Source: Deltaproteobacteria bacterium (lineage in GTDB: Bacteria; Desulfobacterota; Syntrophia; Syntrophales; UBA5619). From it: a stretch of DNA of 56,200 bases. The position numbers and the translations under genes were made by a program. The notes beneath the pieces are model-generated. The model was not told the DNA's origin and did not search any database. It saw nothing but the letters and a program-made list of their open reading frames with translations. Location of the stretch: assembly GCA_023487865.1 (NCBI GenBank), contig JAMDBG010000088.1:1-56200 (forward strand), in the 5' to 3' direction. Numbering within the stretch: position 1 is the stretch's first letter; each line of letters begins with the position of its first letter. This document shows, one piece after another, positions 46,219 to 53,588 of this stretch.

Positions 46219-47238
46219 TTATTTCTTCTTTAAAAGCCCGGCTCCCTCCATAATCGTCTTGTAGGCCGCGTATTCTTCCTCAGCTTCCTTTTTCATGTCG
46301 TCCCCGGTCACGAACACGCCAACCTGGAGGAATTTGTCGAGATACTGTTCTTTCCACTCCTTGCTGTCGGTGATCTTTTTCAAGGCGTTTATCAGCCAGT
46401 CCTGCGGCTCCTTGGCCATTCCCTTCGGTCCCGCAACACCCCGCCACTGAGAGAGCGAGACATTGACACCGGCTTCCTTCCATGTGGGAATGTCTTTGAA
46501 TACGGCGGAGTCGAAACCGAGGCGTTTTTCGGAGGAGACGCCAAGCGACCTGACCTTCCCCGCGCGGATCTGCTCGTACGCCTCGCCGGGATTGGCGATA
46601 GCGGCTTCGACATGGCCGCCCAGCAGGTTGGTCATCACCTGACCGCCGCTGTCGAAGCCGATATAGTTGAACTTGACACCGGCAGCCTTTTCGAACATGG
46701 CGATATGAAGTACATCGATCTGTGAAACGCCGGTTCCGGCTACCTTTACCGTATTGGCCTTGGCCTTGGCCGCCGTCACGAGATCCTTCAGCGCCTTGAA
46801 GGGAGAGTCCATGCGGACCACGATCATCTGGTAATCCCGGTTCAGCTTGGCGATGTAGGTGAAATCGTTGTAAGGCCAGGGTGAATTGCCGAACAGATCG
46901 ACCACGGTGCTGCTGTCATCGGCACAGGTGATCGTATAGCCGTCGGCAGGCTTGCCCTTGGCGTATGACTTGCCCACTACACCGCTGCCCCCACTCTTGT
47001 TCTCGATCACCAGTGGCTGAGGAAGGACCTTGAGCTGGGTGCCGACCTTGTCGATGACGCGCACCATGATGTCGGTGCCACCTCCCGGTGCATACGGCAC
47101 TACAAAAAGGATCGGCTTCGCAGGGAATTTCGCTCCCGCGGCATAGCCTGTCAATGCCGTAGCATGAGACAGAAGACTGATTGCCCCCAGGAGAAGCACC
47201 ATACACACAACATTTCGGACCGCTAATCTTTTCTTCAT
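46219..47238 (-). CDS. tctC: tripartite tricarboxylate transporter substrate-binding protein (TctC/Bug family)
   Basis: Signal peptide MKKRLAVRNVVCMVLLLGAISLLSHA and the VVPYAPGGGTDIM block typical of Bug/TctC proteins. Confidence 0.85.
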   Translation of the reverse strand: MKKRLAVRNVVCMVLLLGAISLLSHATALTGYAAGAKFPAKPILFVVPYAPGGGTDIMVRVIDKVGTQLKVLPQPLVIENKSGGSGVVGKSYAKGKPADGYTITCADDSSTVVDLFGNSPWPYNDFTYIAKLNRDYQMIVVRMDSPFKALKDLVTAAKAKANTVKVAGTGVSQIDVLHIAMFEKAAGVKFNYIGFDSGGQVMTNLLGGHVEAAIANPGEAYEQIRAGKVRSLGVSSEKRLGFDSAVFKDIPTWKEAGVNVSLSQWRGVAGPKGMAKEPQDWLINALKKITDSKEWKEQYLDKFLQVGVFVTGDDMKKEAEEEYAAYKTIMEGAGLLKKK

Positions 47239-47421
47239 CTGATGACTCCTTTCAAAAGTGAATGTAACGGGAAAGCATTCCCACCCTTGCCTGTATCACC
47301 ATCCAGTCTTACGTGACCGGGAAAATGATTAAAGACCGAACCAAAGGATCCTATGTCATTCCTTGACACAATAACTTGGGCAGACGTTATCCACTGCGAT
47401 CGGGTCCATCTGGTGGGTTGG

Positions 47422-47446
47422 ATTTTGTACACAATACACAATTTGT
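47422..47446. promoter_or_regulatory. candidate GntR-type operator(s) upstream of tctC
   Basis: ATTTTGT-ACACAAT (47422-47435, 6/7 palindromic, GT..AC core) and the perfect palindrome ACAATTTGT (47438-47446). A tandem ACACAAT repeat lies between them. Confidence 0.25.
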
Positions 47447-47632
47447 CAAGCTATTTTTTATCCCTGCTGATCACCACGCCTTTGATGAGGCTAAAAATGT
47501 CCGGGTCGAAATATGAAAAGACGAGTACCCACTGTCGGGTATAACAAATAGATGTTTCGATCCCATCGCCGAATACAAAAAGAAAAAAAGCTCAAGAGAA
47601 AAAGCCTATAGAGTTTTCAGCAGGTGATGCTC

Positions 47633-47720
47633 TGGTGCCTGGGGCGGGAATCGAACCCGCACAGCCTCAAGGACCGAGGGATTTTAAGTCCCTTGCGTCT
47701 ACCAATTCCGCCACCCAGGC
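47633..47720 (-). tRNA. tRNA-Leu (anticodon UAA), class II with long variable arm, CCA encoded
   Basis: Reverse complement folds as GCCTGGG-TG-GCGG-AATTGGTAGA-CGC-A-AGGGA-CTTAAAA-TCCCT-(16-nt variable arm)-GCGGG-TTCGATT-CCCGC-CCCAGGC-A-CCA. All four stems pair perfectly. Confidence 0.92.
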
Positions 47721-47740
47721 AGTGCAATCAGAGTGTGGAA

Positions 47741-47769
47741 TCTATATGCTTTCTAAAAAAGGGTGTCAA
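47741..47769 (-). promoter_or_regulatory. sigma70-like promoter candidate for tRNA-Leu
   Basis: Minus strand TTGACA (47769-47764), 17-nt spacer, TATAGA (47746-47741), 20 nt before the mature 5' end. Confidence 0.45.
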
Positions 47770-47926
47770 GAAATTCGTTCCTGACCCTATCCGGCTTGAT
47801 TTTCGACCAAATGTTGATGACGGTTCTCATAACAGCCATTGTTTGGCCCGGATATTCGCACCCGATCTTTACTGGAAATTTGCATTGATATATGCGAGTT
47901 TTAAAAAATCAAGGGGAGATTTTTCT

Positions 47927-49288
47927 TTGGACAGGTCGGACAAAATACTTGATATCCTGATCACCGGCGGAACCCTCCTTACCATGGCGGCTCCTGCGGA
48001 TATTATCGAAACACCAATGATCGGCATCCGGGACGGAAAGATCCTTTTCGTAGAACCAATGGATCCTCCTTCCGGCTATATTCCGGAGGCGCACGAAGTC
48101 ATTGACGCCTCCGGCTGTCTGGTCATGCCCGGCCTGGTGAACACGCACACCCATCTTCCGATGATCCTTTTCCGGGGTCTTGCCGATGACCTTCCCCTGA
48201 TGACCTGGCTCAATGATCATATTTTCCCCACCGAAGCACGCTACATTAACCGGGATACGGTTTACACCGCCTCCTTCCTGGCCATCGCCGAAATGATCCT
48301 CTCCGGAACGACAACTTTCTGTGACGGATATTTTTTCGAAGGCAGTGTTGCGCGGGCGGCAATCGAATCGGGAATAAGAGCTGTCGTTTCTCAAGGTTTT
48401 ATCGATTCTCCATCGTCCGATCGCTTCGATTCTTCCGGACATGCCACCGTGGCGGAAAAGTTCCTGCAAAAATGGCATGACAGGTCACCGCTTCTCACTC
48501 CGGCACTTATCTGCCATTCCCCCTACATCTGTTCGCCGGATACCCTCACGACGATCAAGGCGGTTTCTCGAGACCATCAATCGCTGTTTCTCATCCATCT
48601 GGCGGAAACCCGCGAGGAAGTCGCCTTGCTCAGGGAGCGCTACGGGAAAAAGCCGGTCCATCTCCTGCAAGATCTGGATCTGCTCGATGAAGCGACGATT
48701 GCCGCACACTGCATCTGGCTCGAACATGATGAGCTTGACCTTTTGGCCAAAGCCGGTGTCAAGGTGGCCCACGACCCGGAAAGCAACATGAAACTTGGCG
48801 CCGGTGTCGCTCCCGTACCGGAGATGCTGCGTCGCGGAATTGACGTAGGGCTGGGAACGGACGGTTGTGCCAGCAATAACAATCTTGATCTCTTTGGAGA
48901 GATGGGAATGTGTGCCAAACTCCATAAGGTCTTCACATCCGATCCCACTGTGATGAAGGCGGAAAAGGTTGTGGAGATGGCCACGCTCGGTGGGGCGAGG
49001 GTTCTGGGAATGGCCGACCGGATAGGCTCCATCTCCCCTGGTAAATCCGCCGATATCATTCTGGTGAATATGAATCAGCCGCACTCGACCCCCTTATACA
49101 ATCCCTTCTCACATGTGGTCTATTCCGCCTCGGGAGCCGATGTGCTGACGAGCATCATCGGCGGGCAGGTTGTCATGCGGAATCGTCGGCTGCTGAGCAT
49201 TGATCTGAATGAGATCATGGGCGAGGTGCGAAGGATCGGCGCGGCGATCCGCGATGATAGAGATTATCGTCGGTCTGCGCGCGGATAG
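47927..49288 (+). CDS. amidohydrolase, MtaD-type (5-methylthioadenosine/S-adenosylhomocysteine deaminase family), paralog 1
   Basis: PGLVNTHTHLPM, IHLAETREE, HDPESNMKL and GTDGCASNN. Start set at TTG 47927, with AAGGGGAG 8 nt upstream. The track's start at 47624 reads through the tRNA gene and is not credible. Confidence 0.8.
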   Translation: MDRSDKILDILITGGTLLTMAAPADIIETPMIGIRDGKILFVEPMDPPSGYIPEAHEVIDASGCLVMPGLVNTHTHLPMILFRGLADDLPLMTWLNDHIFPTEARYINRDTVYTASFLAIAEMILSGTTTFCDGYFFEGSVARAAIESGIRAVVSQGFIDSPSSDRFDSSGHATVAEKFLQKWHDRSPLLTPALICHSPYICSPDTLTTIKAVSRDHQSLFLIHLAETREEVALLRERYGKKPVHLLQDLDLLDEATIAAHCIWLEHDELDLLAKAGVKVAHDPESNMKLGAGVAPVPEMLRRGIDVGLGTDGCASNNNLDLFGEMGMCAKLHKVFTSDPTVMKAEKVVEMATLGGARVLGMADRIGSISPGKSADIILVNMNQPHSTPLYNPFSHVVYSASGADVLTSIIGGQVVMRNRRLLSIDLNEIMGEVRRIGAAIRDDRDYRRSARG

Positions 49289-49375
49289 TGATCACCGATG
49301 AATTCACATTTACTTTCCCCTGAGACTTTGTTAGAAAACGTATCCCTTTCTCATGAACGAATATCTGGAGGCTAG

Positions 49376-50710
49376 ATGTCGAGAACTGTAGATATCCTGA
49401 TCGCCGGCGGAACTGTCGTTACAATGGATGGACAGGACACCAAATTTGAATCGGGCGCCCTGGCCGTTGACGGAGATACGATCATCGCCGTGGGAAGAAA
49501 TGTAGAGATTCGCAAGGATTTTAAAGGCAGGGAGACGATCGACGCCTCGAATTCAATCATCATGCCCGGTCTCGTCAATTCCCACACCCATGCCGCAATG
49601 ACTTGCTTCCGCGGGATTGCCGACGATATGGAGCTGATGGATTGGCTGAACCGATACATCTTTCCCGCCGAAGCCGGGCATGTAAATCCGGAACTGGCCT
49701 ACTGGGGAAGCCTGCTCGCCTGCGCAGAGATGATCAAATCGGGGACGACGACCTTTTCCGATATGTACATCTTCGAGCAGGAAACTGCCAGAGCGGCAAA
49801 ACAGGCCGGCATGCGCTGCCTCATCGGCGAAGTCCTCTTCGACTTCCCCTCCCCGAACTTCAAGACGCCTGAGGAAGGTCTGGCCTATACGGAAAAGCTC
49901 GCTCAGACATGGGCTGATGACCCCCTCGTCAATATCATGGTGGAGCCCCACGCACTCTACACCTGCTCTCTGGACCTCCTGAAGGGCTCCAAAATCCTGG
50001 CAGATCGTTATCAGATCCCTCTGGCCACACATTTTCTGGAAAACAAGTCGGAAGCGAAACAACTTGAGGATAAATATGGTGGGCGGGCGACGACATTTCT
50101 GATGGAAAACGGTTTTCTCGATGAGCGGTTCATTGCCTTTCACGGCGTCTTGATGGACGAGGAGGATATGCGCATTTTTTCCGACCACGGCTGCAAAGTG
50201 GTCCACAATCCGGAGAGCAACATGAAGCTGGCCTCCGGCGTGGCGCCCGTCTCAGCGATGCGCAAGCAAGGAATCGTTGTCGGCCTCGGGACGGACGGCT
50301 GCGCCAGCAACAACGATCTCGACATGTTCCAGGAGATGGATACCGCCGCCAAACTGGGAAAGGCGGCACTTCTCGATCCGACGGTCATGTCGGCTCGAAC
50401 GGTCCTCAGGATGGCGACCTGCGACGGAGCGAAGGTCCTTGGGCTGGATGCACTGACCGGTACTCTGGAAGTGGGAAAGAAGGCGGATATCTGCATCGTC
50501 GACATGGACAAACCGCACCTGACACCCCTCTACGATGAATACTCCCATCTGGTTTATACCGTCGGGGGCGCTGATGTGGAAACGGTTCTCATCAACGGAA
50601 AACTGGTTATGAAGAACCGGCGGCTTCTGACCATTGACGAAGGGGAGGCAATGCGGCGCGTTCGCATTATCGCTCTGGGTGTGAAGAAGAGCCTTGGAAA
50701 TGGGTTCTGA
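49376..50710 (+). CDS. amidohydrolase, MtaD-type deaminase family, paralog 2
   Basis: 444-aa ORF with PGLVNSHTHAAM, THFLENKSE, HNPESNMKL and GTDGCASNN. RBS GGAGG upstream. Confidence 0.85.
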   Translation: MSRTVDILIAGGTVVTMDGQDTKFESGALAVDGDTIIAVGRNVEIRKDFKGRETIDASNSIIMPGLVNSHTHAAMTCFRGIADDMELMDWLNRYIFPAEAGHVNPELAYWGSLLACAEMIKSGTTTFSDMYIFEQETARAAKQAGMRCLIGEVLFDFPSPNFKTPEEGLAYTEKLAQTWADDPLVNIMVEPHALYTCSLDLLKGSKILADRYQIPLATHFLENKSEAKQLEDKYGGRATTFLMENGFLDERFIAFHGVLMDEEDMRIFSDHGCKVVHNPESNMKLASGVAPVSAMRKQGIVVGLGTDGCASNNDLDMFQEMDTAAKLGKAALLDPTVMSARTVLRMATCDGAKVLGLDALTGTLEVGKKADICIVDMDKPHLTPLYDEYSHLVYTVGGADVETVLINGKLVMKNRRLLTIDEGEAMRRVRIIALGVKKSLGNGF

Positions 50711-50714
50711 CGGT

Positions 50715-53417
50715 CTAAACCAGGGGTCTCCCGTTATTCAGCTTTTCATAAATTCTGATATATTCGGCAACCATGTGGCCCAGGCTGTACCGCTCACGGG
50801 CTTCCCGCATGATCCTTTTTATCTGTTTTTCCCTGATCTCGGGTGAGAGACGGTGAAAAGCCACGCTCTTCTCCAAACCATACCAGAGGCCGCCGGTGTC
50901 ATAATCGCGAAACAAAAAACCGTTCCCGACATCCTGCGGTAAACCGTCTTCCTTAAGCCTCAGTTCGCGGATCTTGTCGTGGTATCCCCCCGTATCGCGG
51001 TTTGTGGCGGTTGCCCCGAAGATATTCCCCACCTGGTCGATCTGTCCGCAGGGTTCATAGAGGGATGCCCCGAAGACATCATTGGCGGCGGCATATCCCA
51101 AAAGAGAAAGCTCTTCGTTAAAGGGCTGATAGGCGATCCGACCGCCGGAATGATAGGCGATCCCGCCGAAGATGTCCATATGCGTCCGATCATTCCCGAT
51201 CCCGTCCGCCACGATGGCAATCTGGACATCGGGGTGCTTATCGACGAACGGTTGAATAATCTGTTCGAAAAGCTCGACCCCTTTCTGGAAGGTATCAAGA
51301 CGGGAAGGCCAAAAATACAGAAGTGCTTCCGGATTGACGGTGAGACCGGTCCTCTTCTGGAATTCAACGAGATTATCGCGCTTCGCCTCTATAACCGGAT
51401 CTTCAGGCCCATACTTCCGGATCAGCGCCTCGCAGCGCTCCGGATAGATTCGAGAAGAGGGGGCGTTGATGATTGCCCGGGCCGCGTCATGATAGTATTT
51501 CTCCTTTACTTCCTGACGGACGCTGGGCGGGACAAGGTTCCTGTCCAGAAAATAGTCCTCGACGACTTCCTTAAGAAACCGCTCACCGACGAAGTTGATC
51601 ATTGTGGCGTTTTTTATCGCCGTCGCCTGGCAGTCGATACCGGCTCTGCCTTCGTGCTCGGTAAAAAACAGACGGTCGGCGATGCTCTTCAGGCCGATTC
51701 CCCCCAAAAGATCCAGGGGAAGACAGGCGGTGAAAACGTTGTGCACCGTATGGAGGATGGGTAAACCGGTTGCCGCGGCGTAAGCGGTGATCGCCCCTCC
51801 CGCCATCCAGTCATGGCTGTGGATAATCAACCTTCCTTCGTGCCTGGCCCGGACGGTTTTGATGGTATTGTTTACGATTTCCCTCTGGAATTCAACGGCA
51901 GTGAGGATCGGATCGCCGGCATAGGCGCTCAGATTGTCGGCAAAGACGGAAGAACTGACCAGATGGATCATTTCGGAATCGATCCGGTAGCGGACATCCC
52001 TCCACTGCATTTCGGTCATCTGAGCCTCCCGCTGGAACCTCTTCTTGAGATTGAGGATCGCCAGATGGACATCCAGACCGCGTTCACCGAGACCCTCGCA
52101 CAGTGCTGAGACCACCTCCCCCTGGCCGCCGCTCTTTCCGGAGATAAAGCGGGCGAGACTGCCCATATCCTCCGGAAGCCTCCCCGTTTCGGGAGAAATG
52201 ATAAGGATGGCCGTCCTTTCATGTTTCTTGAGGATCACGAAACGTTTGACGGCGGCTTCCAGATCATCGATTTTGCGTGTCAGGATATGCGTGGGACGGG
52301 CGATGGAACCTTCGTAGGGGTTGAAGTAGGCATGGACCGCATGATCCTCTCCGATCCGCTCATGGAGAAAATAGACGTGATCCGAGGTCGTCAGATGCCG
52401 CCAGCGGGTCAGCAGTTCTCCCCCGGCACGGCGGGCCGCTGTTTCCATCCGCTCAATGTCACGAAAAAGCTCGTACTGAGTGGGATTTCCCAGCCAGCCG
52501 AAGGTATTCCGGCCCGCATCCGCCCAGGACGAAGTCGAGAGGCCGTGGATGTCCAGGAAAGGACATTCGGCTCCCCGAAACTTCATGGCGACCTCGGTCG
52601 GCGTCGCCATAAGCAGATTGGGATGCTTTTCGAGCGCCCCCGGCAAGCCCCGCCAGAACTCGAATATCCCCCGTTCGCTCCAGATGTGTTCGCCGATGTG
52701 TTCATAATCATAACCGAGCAGAACGGCCTCTCCGTCGATGAGTGAGAGGTATTGGGCGTATTGTGCGGGTGTCAAAGGACTGTGGGGAAACCGAAAAGCG
52801 ACGTCGTCGCTCAATTCCCTGTTCCGAGGGATGGCAATCAGGTTTGTATTGCGTGCCCGGAAGACGGCATTGGGTGAAATCGCAGCCTCTCCGTTCGTGA
52901 ACATATCATCCCTCTTCTCGCAGAGGATCGACTGATAGCCCATATCAGCGACAACGGCGGCGATGTCGTTATTGTACATCAGCTCAGTGTTGCGAAAAGA
53001 GGTTGGAAAGATCCCAAACATCCGTTTTATCATCTCACGATGCAGTGCAACCTGTTCTCTGAATTCGGTTTTGTGGGGATCCTCGAATAGGCTGGTCAGC
53101 GAATGATAGTTTGTCTCATCAAGGTATTCGACCTGATGGTTCTTCTCACCTGCTGCATAGAGCTCTTTGAGCAGGGTGACGAGTTCGGGCTTGTAGAGTT
53201 CCGCCTGTTTCAGAAAGGTGCCGGACATGCCAAGTGTGATTTTAAAGGAGGGGTGGGCGGTAAGGAGTTCCGCAAACATCTGGGTCGCAGGCAGGTAGCA
53301 CTTTTCCGCTACTTTGAGGAAAACCGACCGGTTCTTCTCCTCCCAGAGAAACTTCTCCCTCTCCGGATGGAGACGGAAGGGTTGGTGGAGCTGGAAATAA
53401 AAGATGACAAGCGGCAT
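50715..53417 (-). CDS. fusion protein: N-terminal GH57 alpha-glucan hydrolase/transferase domain + C-terminal GT5-type glycogen (starch) synthase domain
   Basis: GH57 blocks are FQLHQPFR, RNTELMYNN and GYDYEHIGEH. Glycogen-synthase blocks are GKSGGQGEV (the K-x-G-G position), HSHDWMAG, HTVHNVFT, SRLDTFQKG, YEPCGQIDQ and DTGGYHD. Start at MPLVIF (ATG 53417) with GAGGTGG upstream. Confidence 0.8.
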   Translation of the reverse strand: MPLVIFYFQLHQPFRLHPEREKFLWEEKNRSVFLKVAEKCYLPATQMFAELLTAHPSFKITLGMSGTFLKQAELYKPELVTLLKELYAAGEKNHQVEYLDETNYHSLTSLFEDPHKTEFREQVALHREMIKRMFGIFPTSFRNTELMYNNDIAAVVADMGYQSILCEKRDDMFTNGEAAISPNAVFRARNTNLIAIPRNRELSDDVAFRFPHSPLTPAQYAQYLSLIDGEAVLLGYDYEHIGEHIWSERGIFEFWRGLPGALEKHPNLLMATPTEVAMKFRGAECPFLDIHGLSTSSWADAGRNTFGWLGNPTQYELFRDIERMETAARRAGGELLTRWRHLTTSDHVYFLHERIGEDHAVHAYFNPYEGSIARPTHILTRKIDDLEAAVKRFVILKKHERTAILIISPETGRLPEDMGSLARFISGKSGGQGEVVSALCEGLGERGLDVHLAILNLKKRFQREAQMTEMQWRDVRYRIDSEMIHLVSSSVFADNLSAYAGDPILTAVEFQREIVNNTIKTVRARHEGRLIIHSHDWMAGGAITAYAAATGLPILHTVHNVFTACLPLDLLGGIGLKSIADRLFFTEHEGRAGIDCQATAIKNATMINFVGERFLKEVVEDYFLDRNLVPPSVRQEVKEKYYHDAARAIINAPSSRIYPERCEALIRKYGPEDPVIEAKRDNLVEFQKRTGLTVNPEALLYFWPSRLDTFQKGVELFEQIIQPFVDKHPDVQIAIVADGIGNDRTHMDIFGGIAYHSGGRIAYQPFNEELSLLGYAAANDVFGASLYEPCGQIDQVGNIFGATATNRDTGGYHDKIRELRLKEDGLPQDVGNGFLFRDYDTGGLWYGLEKSVAFHRLSPEIREKQIKRIMREARERYSLGHMVAEYIRIYEKLNNGRPLV

Positions 53418-53452
53418 ACCCACCTCGCAGAAAATCATTTCCCTCCGGCCTC

Positions 53453-53481
53453 TATATACCGGAATGAATCGAAGAAAGCAA
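53453..53481 (-). promoter_or_regulatory. sigma70-like promoter candidate for the GH57-GT5 gene
   Basis: Minus strand TTGCTT (53481-53476), 17-nt spacer, TATATA (53458-53453). Confidence 0.3.
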
Positions 53482-53492
53482 TCTCGGAACCT

Positions 53493-53521
53493 TTGACATC
53501 CGCCGCCCGGATGGGTATGAT
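53493..53521 (+). promoter_or_regulatory. sigma70-like promoter candidate for hrpA
   Basis: TTGACA (53493-53498), 17-nt spacer, TATGAT (53516-53521). It lies back-to-back with the divergent candidate. Confidence 0.45.
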
Positions 53522-53588
53522 CCTTCTTCCAACCGGGCGGTTTTATCCGGGAATGGGCCGAAGAGGGGAACGATAAGAGGGTAATCCT

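Noticed and set aside
39400-47720. Possible genomic island integrated at the 3' end of tRNA-Leu, covering the acid-sugar cluster with the receiver relic at the far edge.
   Set aside because: There is no integrase, recombinase or mobility gene. I found no direct repeat of the tRNA 3' end near 39.4-40 kb; only a 6-nt TGGTGC coincidence. All genes are metabolic.
47624-47926. N-terminal 101 codons of track ORF 47624-49288.
   Set aside because: This stretch reads straight across the minus-strand tRNA-Leu gene and its promoter. The amidohydrolase homology begins right after a TTG at 47927 that has a good RBS.
53476-53492. Sigma54-like element AGGTTC-N5-TTGCT (GG-N10-GC spacing) upstream of the GH57-GT5 gene.
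   Set aside because: Only the GG and TTGC cores match. The same TTGCTT serves as the -35 of a better-spaced sigma70-like promoter. It is too weak to call without a matrix scan.
53501-53546. Hairpin CCGCCCGG-N24-CCGGGCGG followed by TTTTAT, which could be a terminator.
   Set aside because: No plus-strand gene ends upstream of it. Its left arm and loop overlap the spacer and the -10 of the hrpA promoter candidate, so most of it would not be transcribed. The 24-nt loop is also large.
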